From: Myxococcota bacterium
Lineage (GTDB): Bacteria > Myxococcota_A > UBA9160 > PR03
NCBI GenBank assembly: GCA_041611735.1
Contig: JBFIML010000044.1
Location: 1-37,235 of the forward strand
Length of the DNA: 37,235 bases
Direction: 5' to 3'
The position numbers and the translations under genes are program-made. Below, one piece after another: positions 15,842-31,950 of the stretch (the stretch's first letter is position 1; each line of letters starts with the position of its first letter). The notes under the pieces are model-generated. The model was not told the origin of the DNA and searched no databases. It saw only the letters and a program-made list of their open reading frames with translations.

Positions 15842-18069
15842 CTAGCGCGCCGGCGCGAGGACCAGCACTGCCAGCGGAGCGAGCCGCAGGCACAGGGACT
15901 GGAGATGGCCGTGCAGCGGCACGGGCTCCGCCTCCAGCTCGCCCCGGGTGGGATAGCCGCTTCCGGCGTAGCGCCCGTCGTCGCTGCAAAGCACCTGGCG
16001 ATAGCGCCCCGGGGACGGGACGCCGATCCGGTAGTCGTCCCGCGGCACCGGCGTCAGGTTGAGGACCACGACCCGGTGGTCGTCCCCGTCGCGGCGCAGG
16101 AAGGCGAAGACCGAGTTCTCGCGATCCGAGCAGTCGATCCAGGCGAAGCCCTCGGGATCCGGATCGCGGCGCCAGAAGGGAGGCGCCTCCCGATACAGCC
16201 GCCCCAGGTCCGCCAGGAAGGTGGCCAACCCCTGGCGCATGGGGTCGCCGGCCAGGTGCCAGTCCAGGCTCATGTCGTGGTCCCACTCCCGATGCGGTGC
16301 GAGCTCCGCCCCCATGAACAGGAGCTGCTTCCCGGGCCGCAGGAACTGGTAGGCCAGGAGCGCGCGCAGGTGGGCGAACTTCTGCCACGGGTCACCGGGC
16401 ATCTTCTCGAGCAGCGATCTCTTGCCGTGGACGATCTCGTCATGGGAGAGGGGATTGAGGAAGCGCTCGGTGTACTCGTACACCATGGCGAAGCTGAGCT
16501 GATCCTGATGCCAGGATCGATGCACGGGAGGCCGCTCGAAGTACTCGAGCGTGTCGTGCATCCACCCCATGTTCCACTTGAAGGAGAAGCCGAGGCCGCC
16601 CTCCTGCGGCGGGCTCGTCACGCCGCCCCAGGCGGTCGACTCCTCGGCGACGGTCAGGACCCCGGGCATGTCGTCGTGCAGGGTCTGGTTGAGGAAACGC
16701 AGGAACTCGACCGCCTCCAGATTCTCGCGTCCCCCATAAACGTTCGGGATCCACTCGCCTTCGCGACGGCCGTAATCCAGGTAGAGCATGGAAGCCACCG
16801 CATCGACACGCAGGCCGTCCACGTGAAACTCGCGCAGCCAGTACAGCGCATTCGAGATCAGGAAGTTGCGGACCTCGGTCCGGCCATAGTTGAAGATCAA
16901 GGTGCCCCAGTCCGGGTGCTCGCCGAGGCGTGGATCCTCGTGCTCGTAGAGTGGGGTTCCATCGAAGCGGCGCAGGGAGAAGTCGTCCTTGGGGAAGTGG
17001 GCGGGTACCCAGTCGAGGATCACCCCGACGCCATGGCGGTGGAGGTGGTTCACCAGGAAGCGCAGGTCGTCTGGCGAGCCGTAGCGCGAAGTGGGAGCGA
17101 AGTAGCCCGTCACCTGATAGCCCCAGGAGCCGTAGAAGGGGTGCTCCGCCAGGGGCAGGAACTCGATGTGGGTGTACCCGTAGCGCTGCGCGTACTCCAC
17201 CAGACGCGGGGCGATCTCCCGGTAGGTGAGGAAGCGGTTGCCCTCCTCCACGACGCGCGCGAAGGACCCGAGATGCACCTCGCAGATGGAGAGGGGCTCG
17301 CGGGCGGGTTCGCGTCGCGTCCGCTGTGCCATCCACTCGCCATCGCTCCAGGCGAAGCTCGACGCATGCACCCGTGAGGCGGTGCCCGGAGGACGCTCCA
17401 TGGCGAACGCGAACGGGTCCGTCTTGAGGCGCAGGGCTCCCTCGCGGGTGCGGATCTCGTACTTGTAGAAGGCTCCCGGCTCCACGCCGGGCACGAACAG
17501 TTCGAAGATCCCGGAGCGGCCCATGGAGCGCATGGGCAGGAGCCGGCCGTCCCAGCCGCAGAAGTCGCCCACCACGCTGACGCGCCGGGCACTGGGGGCC
17601 CACACGGCGAACGAGGTGCCCGGCACGCCGTCCACGCTCCGAAAGTGCGCGCCGAGCACCTGCCACAGCCGGCGATGGGTCCCCTCGTTGAACAGGTGCA
17701 GATCCACGTCCCCGAGCGTCGGCCAGAAGCGATAGGGGTCGTCGCGCTCCCACACGTCGCCGTGGGCGAAGCGGAAGCGGAGCCGGTAGCGCAGGGGCAG
17801 GCTGTGGTCGGCCAGGAATACGCCGAACAGCCCGTCACCCAGCGGCGCCATGGCCCGGGGCTCGGAATCCTCCAGCAGGCACTCGGCTCCGCTGGCGTCC
17901 GGATGGAAGGCGCGCACTACCACGCCGTCGCGGTCGGCGGCCCGTGCGGGGTGGGCTCCCAGGACGCGGTGGGGCTCGTGGTGTTCGCCGTGGCGCAGGG
18001 CCCGGGCATCCGCCGGAGAGACGGCGAGCACCGCCGACTTCACGCCGCCGTGGGTCGCGTCCTTCTGTG

Positions 18070-18073
<4 letters not shown>
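15842..18073 (-). CDS. glgB: 1,4-alpha-glucan branching enzyme
   Basis: ATG at 18073 overlaps the glgX stop. Motifs FAVWAP, EHPFYGSWGYQ, DWVPAHFP, GLRVDAVASMLY, AEESTAW, KWNMGWMHD and LSHDEIVHGK. Confidence 0.96.
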
Positions 18074-20183
<2,110 letters not shown>

Positions 20184-20184
<1 letters not shown>

Positions 20185-22018
20185 CAGGCGGTCTCGCCCG
20201 CGTAGTAGACGGCGCTCTCCGGGGCCAGGGGCAGGGCCGGCGCCCCCGCCGCCAGGCGGCGCGGCGCGGCGCTCCCGGGCCCGCCGAAGTCGCCATCCTG
20301 GCTGTCGATCCGCAGGCGCCAGGGGTGCCTGCCGGCCGGAAGCGGCAGCTTCGCCTCCGGCGTCCGGCCCAGGTGGAAGGCCGCCAGTCCCGGGCGCCCG
20401 CGCTCCGGAACGTAGTGGACGCGGATCCAGCCGGCTTCGGCATCGTGCTGGACGCGCACCTCCGCGGCGCCGGGGCGCAGCGCCGGCTCCTCCCGGCGCA
20501 GGCGCAGCAGGGCACGGTGCAGCGCCAGCAGGCCCGCCGGCTGGGGGCCCGACGCGCGCGCGCGGTCCAGGCGCGAGCGCTGGAAGGTGTCCTCCGCCGC
20601 CGGGTCGGGGACCGCGGCCTCGCCCACGAAGGCGGCGAACTCGCGCCGGCGTCCGCCGCGCACTGCGTCCAGCAGCGCCGGGTCCCCGTGGCTCACGAAG
20701 TAGAGGAACGGGTTCGTCTCCCCGTACTCCTCGCCCATGAAGAGCAGCGGAAGCCCGGGAGCGAGCAGCAGCAGGCTCGCCGCCAGTCGCAGGCGCGCCG
20801 GTCCCACCAGGGCGGCCAGGCGCTCGCCGAGGGCGCGGTTTCCGATCTGGTCGTGGTTCTGCACGAAGACCACGAAGCGATCCGCAGGCACGTCGCGGGC
20901 CGGCGCGCCGTGGCGGCGTCGCCGATGGACGGAGTAGCGCCCGTCGTAGACGAAGCGTTCCGCCAGGGCCCGCGCCACCGGCTCGACGCCTCCGAAGTCC
21001 TCGTAGTAGCCCGTGCGCTCGCCGGTCAACGCGGCGTGGACGGCGTGGTGGTAGTCGTCGTTCCAGACCGCGTCCAGGCCCAGACCGCCGTGTCGCACCT
21101 CGCGGACGAGCCGCGAGTCGTTCGCGTCGCTTTCCGCCACGACGTGCAGGGTGTGCCCGCGGCGCTTCTCGCATGCCCGCACGGTCTCGGCCAGCTCGGC
21201 CAGGAAGGGGCGGGCGCTCTCGTCGTGGATGGCGTGCACCGCGTCGAGTCGCAGCCCATCGAGATGATACTCCTCGAGCCAGTGACGCGCGTTGTCCAGG
21301 AAGTAGGCGCGCACCCCGTCGCTGTCCGACCCGTCGAAGTTGACCGCCGCCCCCCACGGCGTGCGGTAGGCGTCGGTGAAATATGGTCCGAAATCGGCGA
21401 GCACGTTGCCCTCGGGTCCCAGGTGGTTGTACACGACGTCCAGCACCACGGCGAGCCCGAAGCCGTGGGCCGCATCCACCAGACGCCGCAGGCCCTGTGG
21501 GCCCCCGTAGCTGTTCTGGGGCGCGTAGGGGAAGACGCCGTCGTAGCCCCAGTTGCGCGCGCCGGGGAACTGCGCGACCGGCATGAGCTCGACGGCGGTG
21601 ATGCCCAGCTCGCGCAGCGCCGGCAGATGGGCGATCGCTGCGTCGAAGGTCCCGGCCTCCGTGAAGGTCCCCACGTGGAGCTCGTAGAAGACGAGGTCCG
21701 CACGCGAAACGCCTGTCCACCCGCCGTCGGACCACGCGAAGGCGGTGGGATCGACCACCCGCGACGCGCCGTGCACGCCCTGCGGCTGGTGGCGGCTGGC
21801 CGGGTCGGCGCGCACGAGCCGGTCGTCGAGACGGAACCGGTAGTCGTCCCCGGCGCCGACGTCGTCCACCAGCGCCTCGAAGACCCCCGGCTGCCCCGGC
21901 GCGGGCGCCAGGGGTACGCAGCGCGGAGCGCCGCCCAGCAGCTCCACGGCCACGTGCGTCGCGTGGGGGGCCCACACGGAGAAGCGCACGCCGACGCCGG
22001 GGAGCGCTTGCGCGCCGT

Positions 22019-22022
<4 letters not shown>
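20184..22022 (-). CDS. treZ: Malto-oligosyltrehalose trehalohydrolase
   Basis: GTG at 22022. Motifs DPASRHQPQGVHGAS, YELHVGTFT, RNWGYDGV, GLRLDAVHAI, QNHDQIGNR and FMGEEYG. Confidence 0.96.
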
Positions 22023-25308
<3,286 letters not shown>

Positions 25309-25312
<4 letters not shown>

Positions 25313-27327
25313 GCGGCGGCAGGACGGGCGGGCGCGGGCAGGCGCAGCACGTGGGCCACCTTGTCGCCGGGATCGAGCCGCACGTAGTTGCGTACGCCCC
25401 GCCAGGTGTAGCGCTCGCCCGTGATCAGGTCCTCGACCGGAAAGGGATCCTCGGGCGTCAGGCCCAGGTCCGGGAGCGGCAGATGGACCAGGGTCTCCTG
25501 GGGACGCTGGGGGTCGAGGTTGACGGTCACCAGCAGCTCGTTGCCCGGCGCGGACTTGCGGTAGCAGAGGATGTGCTCGTTCTCGCTGGCCAGGAACTCC
25601 AGGTTGGCCAGCTGTCGGAACGCCGGGTTCTCGCGGCGGATCTGGTTCAGCCGGCGGATCTCGGCCTTCAAGTTGCCGGGCGCGTCCCAGTCTCGCTGGC
25701 GGATCTGGTATTTCTCCGAGTCGAGGTACTCCTCGCTCCCAGGTCGCACGGGGACGTTCTCGCACAGCTCGAAGCCGCTATAGATTCCGTAGAGGGGTGA
25801 CAGGGTGGCGGCCAGCACGAGGCGAACCCGGAACGCGGCGCGGCCGCCGGTCTGCAGGTACTCGTGCAGGATGTCCGGCGTGTTGGCGAAGAAGTTGGGC
25901 CGGAAGTACTCGGTCATGTCCGTGCGGGTCAGCTCGGTCAGGTACTCGCGCAGCTCCCAGGCCGTGTTCTTCCAGGTGAAATAGGTGTACGACTGCGTGA
26001 AGCCGAGCTTGGCCAGGCCCTTCATGCGCTTGGGACGCGTGAAGGCCTCGGCGAGGAAGAGGGTCTCCGGATGCCGGCGCTTCACGTCCGCGATCATCCA
26101 CTCCCAGAACGCCAGCGGCTTGGTGTGTGGGTTGTCCACCCGGAAGATCTGGACGCCCCGCTCGATCCAGAACAGCAACACGTCGCGGCACGCGTTCCAG
26201 AGGCCCTCGCGGTCCTCGCACCAGAGGTTGAGCGGATAGATGTCCTGGTACTTCTTGGGGGGATTCTCCGCGTAGCGAATCGTCCCGTCGGGGCGGACGT
26301 GGAACCACTCCGGGTGCTCCCGCACCCAGGGGTGATCCGGCGAGCACTGCAAGGCGTAGTCGAGGGCCACCTCGAGGCTCAGGCTCTTGGCGGTCTGCAC
26401 GAAGTGCTCGAAGTCCCGCAGCGTCCCGAGCTCCGGGTGCACGGCCGTGTGCCCGCCTTCCGGGCCGCCGATTGCCCAGGGGCTGCCCGGGTCGAGGGGG
26501 CCGGCGCCGGGTTTGTTGTTCGGGCCCTTGCGGTGGGTGCGCCCGATCGGGTGGATCGGGGGCAGGTAGATCACGTCGAAGCCGAGCTCGGCCAGCTCCG
26601 GGAGCCGTCGCTCGGCGTCGGCGAAGGTGCCATGGCGGCCGGGCACCCGGGCCTGGGAGCGCGGGAACAGCTCGTACCACGCGCCGAAACCCGCCGGCAC
26701 CGGGTCCACGATCACCGCCAGGACCCCGTCGTACCGGGTCAGCTCCACGGGGTCGATGGGGCCCTGGAGGAGGGCGAGCAGCTCGTCGGAGAAGGCCACC
26801 GCCAGGCGCTCGTCCTCGGGCAGGGAGGCGTCGCCGAGACGTTGCGCCTGCTCCCGAAGCCGCCGCGCCGCGGAGGCCCGGGCCGCGCCGGCGGCGCGCT
26901 CCAGCAGCCCCGCGCCCTCCAGCAGCTCACTGGCCACGTCCTGCCCCACGTCGATGCGCTTGCGCAGGTCCTCGCGCCAGGTTCGCCAGGGGTCCGGCCA
27001 GGCTTCCACCGTGTACTGCCAGTGGCCGATGCAGTCGAGCACGAACGAGCCGTACCAGCGGTCCGGATCGAAGTGATGGACGAGCGGCGCGTGGCGCCAG
27101 TCGCGGTCGGCGGGGCCCCGATAGCGGATGCGGGCGCCGAGGCGGTCGTGCCCATCCTTGTAGAGGTCGGCGCCCACCTCGAACTCGTCCCCCACGAGCC
27201 GCTTCACGGCATGACGCCCGCCGTCCACGCACGGCGATACGTTCTCGATCACGACGCGTGCGAAGCGCACGTCCCCCGGAGACGAGCGGCGGGGCCTGGA
27301 GTCGCGGGAAGGTGCCGGGCGGACCAT
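25309..27327 (-). CDS. glgE: Alpha-1,4-glucan:maltose-1-phosphate maltosyltransferase
   Basis: Motifs WYELFPRS, YLPPIHPIG, GSPWAIG, QCSPDHP, AENPPKKYQDIYP, FRVDNPHTKP, FLAEAFT and NTPDIL. Start is uncertain (27327 preferred; 27348 or 27384 possible). Confidence 0.95.
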
Positions 27328-27338
27328 CGAGCCGGCAG

Positions 27339-27348
27339 ATGGTAACAT
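27339..27348. promoter_or_regulatory. Symmetric bidirectional extended -10 element
   Basis: ATGGTAACAT reads TGgTAACAT on + (towards cdaA) and TGtTACCAT on - (towards glgE). Confidence 0.5.
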
Positions 27349-27376
27349 CCGCCACCGGACGTTTCTAGGGCACGAC

Positions 27377-27424
27377 GCTCGCAAGGTAGGGCTCGCAAGG
27401 TAGGACGGGGCAAGGTAGGACGGG
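27377..27424 (+). repeat. Three tandem direct repeats of GCAAGGTAGG
   Basis: Core copies at 27381, 27395 and 27410 (periods 14 and 15). GCTCGCAAGGTAGG x2 (27377-27404) overlaps GCAAGGTAGGACGGG x2 (27395-27424). Confidence 0.9.
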
Positions 27425-27438
27425 ATTGGGGGGCGTCC

Positions 27439-28647
27439 TTGTCTTTCCTGCGATCGCTGATCGAGATCGATCTCCGCGCGCTCGCGGACCTGATGGTCGT
27501 GGCGCTGCTCTTCTGGGCCCTCGTCCTATGGGTCCGCCGCACGCGCGCCCGCCTGGCGCTCGCGGGTCTCGCGATCGTGGGCGGGGTGTATCTGCTGGCC
27601 CGGGAGCTCGACCTGCGGCTCACCGCCTGGATCCTGCAGGGCTTCTTCGCCGTCTTCGTGATCGTGCTGGTGGTGGTGTTCCAGGAGGACCTGCGGCGGC
27701 TGTTCGAGCAGATCGCCGTCTGGGGCCTGCGCCGTCAGACGCCCCCGGCACCGCCCCAGGCGTTGGACATCCTGGCGCGGACCGTGGCACGGCTGGCTGC
27801 GACGCGGACCGGCGCCTTGCTGGTGCTGCCCGGCCGCGAGCCCCTGGACCGACACGTGGAGGGAGGCATTCTCCTCGACGGCCGCTTGAGCGAGCCGCTG
27901 TTGCTGAGCCTGTTCGATCCGCACTCTCCGGGCCACGATGGGGCGGTCGTGGTGGGCGGAGATCGGGTGATGCGATTCGCACTGCACCTGCCGCTCTCGA
28001 GCGACCGCGCGCAGCTCGCAGCCACCGGGACCCGTCACGCGGCCGGGCTCGGCCTGGCCGAGCGCACCGACGCGCTCTGCGTGGTTGTCTCCGAGGAGCG
28101 GGGAAGCGTGTCGGTGGCCCGGGAGGGGCGTCTGCGCCGGCTGCGTCGCCCCGAGGACCTGGCCGGGGAGCTGCGGCGCTTCCAGACCGAGACGGCGGTG
28201 CCGGCCGCGGACGTGGCGTCGGTCTGGCGCCGACTGGTTACGGGATGGCGCGAGGCCCTGGCCGCCGTGGTGGCGGCCGCCGGCGTGTGGGTGCTGGTGG
28301 TGCCGGGGTCCACGGTCACGGAGGTGGAGCGCACGGCGCTCGTCCGCGTGGAGAACCTGCCCGAAGGGTTCGTGCTCGACGCCGTGGAGCCTTCCGAGGT
28401 GCAGGTGGTGCTGTCGGGGCGCCGCCGGGACCTCGTCTTCCGCGACCGCGCCGCCCTCAGCGTTCCCATCGACGCGCTGCTGGTGAAGCTCGGTCGCCGC
28501 ACCTTCGACGTGGAGCCGGAGCGGGTGCGACGCCCACCGGGCCTGACGGTGGTGGCCGTGGAGCCCACGCGGGTGCGGGTCTCGGTGCGCCAGGTCGGGG
28601 AGGGCGCACGCGAGAAGAGCGGCGCTTCCGGCCCGAACGCCCCGTGA
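27439..28647 (+). CDS. cdaA: Diadenylate cyclase (CdaA/DacA type) fused to a TM helix and a YbbR/CdaR-like domain
   Basis: Three N-terminal TM helices ending VVFQEDLRR. DAC motifs TGAL, PGHDGAVV and GTRHAAGLGL.E.TDA..VVVSEERG.VS. Then a TM helix and a beta-rich YbbR-like region (V.VENLP.G...EP.EV.V.LSG, ...VEP.RV.V). Confidence 0.9.
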   Translation: MSFLRSLIEIDLRALADLMVVALLFWALVLWVRRTRARLALAGLAIVGGVYLLARELDLRLTAWILQGFFAVFVIVLVVVFQEDLRRLFEQIAVWGLRRQTPPAPPQALDILARTVARLAATRTGALLVLPGREPLDRHVEGGILLDGRLSEPLLLSLFDPHSPGHDGAVVVGGDRVMRFALHLPLSSDRAQLAATGTRHAAGLGLAERTDALCVVVSEERGSVSVAREGRLRRLRRPEDLAGELRRFQTETAVPAADVASVWRRLVTGWREALAAVVAAAGVWVLVVPGSTVTEVERTALVRVENLPEGFVLDAVEPSEVQVVLSGRRRDLVFRDRAALSVPIDALLVKLGRRTFDVEPERVRRPPGLTVVAVEPTRVRVSVRQVGEGAREKSGASGPNAP

Positions 28648-28656
28648 GCGACGCGG

Positions 28657-29751
28657 TCAGCCGGCGTCGTCGCCCAGGTACTCGCGCAGCTTCGCCTTCC
28701 AGCCCGGATCGTCGATGCGCTGGAGGAGCGTCCGGTTGAGGGGCTCGCGCAGCGGACTGCCCGGCGGAAGCGCGATCGCATAGTCCTGACGCTCGAGGTC
28801 GAAGGGCAGCGTGCGCAGCTCGCCCGGCCATTCGGTCTTGACCAGGTGGCGGAGGATCGGGGCGTCGTAGACCGCCGCGTCGGCCCGGCCCGCGACCACC
28901 GCCTGCAGGGCGTCGCGCACCCCCGGGTAGGCACGGAAGCCGATGCCCTCCCGCTCGAGCCAGCGCCCGCTCGTGGTGCGGGCCACCGAGGCGACGCGCA
29001 CCCGGGCCAGGTCCCGGGGGCCGCGAATCGACGACTCGAGCTGCGAGAGGGTGAGGGCCGAGGCGATCGCCGCCGTGAAGCCCGAGATCGTGACGATGCT
29101 GAAGAACATCCAGAACAGGGCCAGCGTGCGCCCGGCGAAGGTGCGCGGCGCCTTGTCCCCGTAGCCCACGGTGGTCATGGTCACGGCCGCCCACCAGAAG
29201 CCGGAGCCGATCCCCTGAGCGGTGCCACCCCCGAACTGCTCGGGGTTGCGGCGCCGCTCCAAGGCCCACACCGCCAGGCCGGCCAGGAACAGGGCCACGG
29301 CGAGGGCCCACAGGGCGCGCAGGAAGGCGGACGACGCGAGCCGCGCCAGGGCGCCGCGCCAGCTTCCCTGCCCCCGCGCCGCCACGACCACGCCCAGCCC
29401 CGAGCCGTAGAAGGGATGCGTGAAATCCATGCGCTCCTCGCGCTCACCCGTGACGGTCAGCGCCCCGAGCCCTGCATCCAGGGAGCCCGAGGCGACGCCG
29501 TCGAGCAGGGGCTCGAGGTCGAGGGGCTCCAGCCGGAAGCTCCGCTCGAGCCGCGTCGCGAGATCCCGCCACAGCTCGACCGCAAGTCCACTCCAGACGC
29601 CCTCGGGGCTTCGCAGGGCGAAGGGCGGCGCCTCCTTCACGCCGACGACGAGCTCGCCTTCGGCCGCTCCTGCGCCTCCCGCGAGCCAGAGCCCGAGCGC
29701 CAGCACGACGGCGCCGCGCCGGCGCCCGTGCACCGCGGCCAGTCGCCTCAT
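28657..29751 (-). CDS. GluR0-like ligand-gated potassium channel (split amino-acid-binding domain plus K+ pore)
   Basis: Signal peptide; S1 (VGV...PPF, LTVTGERE..DFTHPF); M1; pore WWAAVTMTTVGYGD; M2 ending FTAAIASALT; S2 (TTSG, YDAPIL, YAIALP.GSPLR..LN..LL). Confidence 0.9.
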   Translation of the reverse strand: MRRLAAVHGRRRGAVVLALGLWLAGGAGAAEGELVVGVKEAPPFALRSPEGVWSGLAVELWRDLATRLERSFRLEPLDLEPLLDGVASGSLDAGLGALTVTGEREERMDFTHPFYGSGLGVVVAARGQGSWRGALARLASSAFLRALWALAVALFLAGLAVWALERRRNPEQFGGGTAQGIGSGFWWAAVTMTTVGYGDKAPRTFAGRTLALFWMFFSIVTISGFTAAIASALTLSQLESSIRGPRDLARVRVASVARTTSGRWLEREGIGFRAYPGVRDALQAVVAGRADAAVYDAPILRHLVKTEWPGELRTLPFDLERQDYAIALPPGSPLREPLNRTLLQRIDDPGWKAKLREYLGDDAG

Positions 29752-29773
29752 CCCCTTCCCTCCGGGCGGCGAG

Positions 29774-31000
29774 TCACGGCACGTAGCGCTCGAAGAAGCT
29801 CTTCAGCGAGCGGCCGGCCGCCTGCTCCGCCAGCACGCGGAAGCGCTCCGTGGTGATCGGGCTACGCTCCTCCAGAAGCGCCCGCAGCACGTCGTCCAGA
29901 TCGTTCTCGCCGTCGCTGGCCTTCTCGATGGCTCCGTTCAAGCGGTCGAGCACCGCCACGGCGCGTGCGGTGGTCGCCCCCGAAGCCTCGGCGATCCTCA
30001 GCTTCGACGCCCGCTCCCCGCGCGCCGTCAGCCGCGCCAGGGTCTTCTGGTAGCGCCTCCGGCTCACGGTGCGCGATCGGACCAGGAGCTGCAGCGAGTA
30101 GTACTCGGCCAGCCCCTCGATGATCCAGTCCGCGTCGGCGGCCGGTCGCGCACGCAGCACCGAGTGGACCAGCTCGTGCAGCAGCGGACTCGTCCCGTCG
30201 CTCGAGATCAGCGGACGGGCAGCGTGTACGTAGAGGGAGTTCGGGCCAGACAGGCCTCCACGCCACATGGGATCTCCGGCCCCCACCACCAGGAGTCGCT
30301 CGGGGAGCGTGCCGAGGGCGTCGCGCAGCTCGGGTAGCGTCCAGCGCAGCAGGGCCAGCAGGTCCAGACGCCGCAGTCCCTGGCGGGTCGGACCGGCCAC
30401 CGACACCCGCGTGCCCGCGATCCGCTCGCGCACCACGCCGAGCTTGCCGGCCACGAACCAGCCGATGGGCCGGTCGAAGCCCCGATCCGGGTGGTCCAAC
30501 GTGAAGGTCCCGTCGGCGGCGCGGGCGTAGGGTACGGCCACCGACCATCCCTCGGGCAGGCGCAGCCGAAGCCGGGAGCGCGAGAGCGCCCCCACCCGGG
30601 TCACCACGCGCGCCGGCGGTACGAGATCGTCGCCGCGGAACAACGCCCAGTTGGCCGCGCAGCGGGAGTCGTAGGAGCGCCGGTCGCGCAGATGGTCGAT
30701 GCGGAAGCGGTAGCGGAGGCTGCCGCCCACCGACGGCGGGGTCCATTCGACTTCGCTGCCTTCCACCGCGACCTCGCCCGATCCCTCGAAGTCGCGGTGC
30801 CGCTCCGGATCGATCTTGAAGCGGATGCGTCGGAGCTGCTGCGCCCCATCGCCGAGCTGGATCGAGACGCGGGCCACCTTCTCGGTGGGAACGAGGCGCA
30901 CGTCGTAGAGTACGTGGTAGCGCGTCTCCTGGGCCGCCGTGGGGAGGGCGCCGACGAGAAGCGCGGTCGCCACCCCGGCTGCCAGCAGCCCGGATCTCAC
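29774..31000 (-). CDS. Secreted gluzincin-type (HEXXH...E) metallopeptidase, M61/MA-like
   Basis: GTG at 31000 overlaps the ATP-grasp stop. Signal peptide MRSGLLAAGVATALLVGALPTAA; beta-rich N-domain; GGL; LLHELVHS...WIIEGLAEYY. Confidence 0.8.
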   Translation of the reverse strand: MRSGLLAAGVATALLVGALPTAAQETRYHVLYDVRLVPTEKVARVSIQLGDGAQQLRRIRFKIDPERHRDFEGSGEVAVEGSEVEWTPPSVGGSLRYRFRIDHLRDRRSYDSRCAANWALFRGDDLVPPARVVTRVGALSRSRLRLRLPEGWSVAVPYARAADGTFTLDHPDRGFDRPIGWFVAGKLGVVRERIAGTRVSVAGPTRQGLRRLDLLALLRWTLPELRDALGTLPERLLVVGAGDPMWRGGLSGPNSLYVHAARPLISSDGTSPLLHELVHSVLRARPAADADWIIEGLAEYYSLQLLVRSRTVSRRRYQKTLARLTARGERASKLRIAEASGATTARAVAVLDRLNGAIEKASDGENDLDDVLRALLEERSPITTERFRVLAEQAAGRSLKSFFERYVP

Positions 31001-31950
31001 GGTGTGCGGCCCGCCGCGATCTGCCGGCCGAGCGCCACGCGCTCCGCCAGGGGAAGGGCGCGTTCGGCTTCCCCGAGCCGGTCCACCGCATCGAGGCGGG
31101 GGAGCAGCCCCGCCCGGTTTGCGATCTGGATCGCCAGGCCCGGGCGCGCGTTCAGCTCGAGCACCACGGGGCCGCGGCGGGTGTCCACCACCACGTCGCA
31201 GCCCACGTAGCCGAGGCCGGTCTGTTCGGACGCCTGCACGGCGATCTCGAGCAGACGCGTGAAGTCCGGGATCGTGCGCCCGAGCAGGGGTCGTCCGGTG
31301 TCCGGATGGACGTGGATCGGATCGTTGCGCACCACTGCGTGGAGGGTGCGTCCATCCGCCAGGCTCACGCCGGCCCCGATGGCGCCCTGATGGAGGTTCG
31401 CACGCCCCCCGGAGCGCCGCGTCGGGAGGCGCGTCATGACCATGACCGGAATCCCGCGGTAGACGATCACGCGCACGTCCGGGACCCCCTCGAACGTGAT
31501 CTCCGCCAGCTCCGGGTGCACCTCCAGACGCTCTTCCACCAGTACCTGGTCCGTCTGGCCGCCCAGGGCATACAGACCCGAGATGATGCCCGAGGCGTGG
31601 TAGACCAGGTCGGCGGTGCGGATCCAAAGCCCGCCCGAGCGGAGCAGACGGTCCTCGCGACGGTCCCAGATCACCAGGATCCCGTCTCCCTGGGCGCCGT
31701 GCGCCGGCTTCATCACGAAGGAAGCGTGCGCCGCAAGCCGATGCGGGAGGTCGCGCAGCTCGAAGTGGTGGCGGGCCACGGCATACAGTGCGGGGACCGG
31801 GATCCCGGCCGCCTGGCACAGGCGCTTGGACAGGAGCTTGTCGTCCACGCGAGGGTAGAAGCGCCGGGGATTCACGCGCAGGGTGTACTGCGCGTTGCGG
31901 CGGTTGATGCCGAGCACGCCCTCGCGGCGCAAGGTGCGAAGCAGCCTCAC
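30997..31950 (-). CDS. Alpha-L-glutamate ligase-like ATP-grasp protein (RimK-related; TIGR02291/ATPgrasp_ST type)
   Basis: GTG at 31950, 317 aa. Motifs GVLGINRRN...NPR..YP.VDDKL, FVMKPAHG.QG.GI, ISGLY.LGG, GVPDVRVIV, RLPT..S.G.ANLHQGAIG.G and LELNARPGL.IQIAN. Confidence 0.92.
   Translation of the reverse strand: MRLLRTLRREGVLGINRRNAQYTLRVNPRRFYPRVDDKLLSKRLCQAAGIPVPALYAVARHHFELRDLPHRLAAHASFVMKPAHGAQGDGILVIWDRREDRLLRSGGLWIRTADLVYHASGIISGLYALGGQTDQVLVEERLEVHPELAEITFEGVPDVRVIVYRGIPVMVMTRLPTRRSGGRANLHQGAIGAGVSLADGRTLHAVVRNDPIHVHPDTGRPLLGRTIPDFTRLLEIAVQASEQTGLGYVGCDVVVDTRRGPVVLELNARPGLAIQIANRAGLLPRLDAVDRLGEAERALPLAERVALGRQIAAGRTP

Noticed and set aside
27377-27424. Possible mini-CRISPR array
   Set aside because: The repeats are 10-15 nt with 4-5 nt between cores, far too short, and there are no cas genes.
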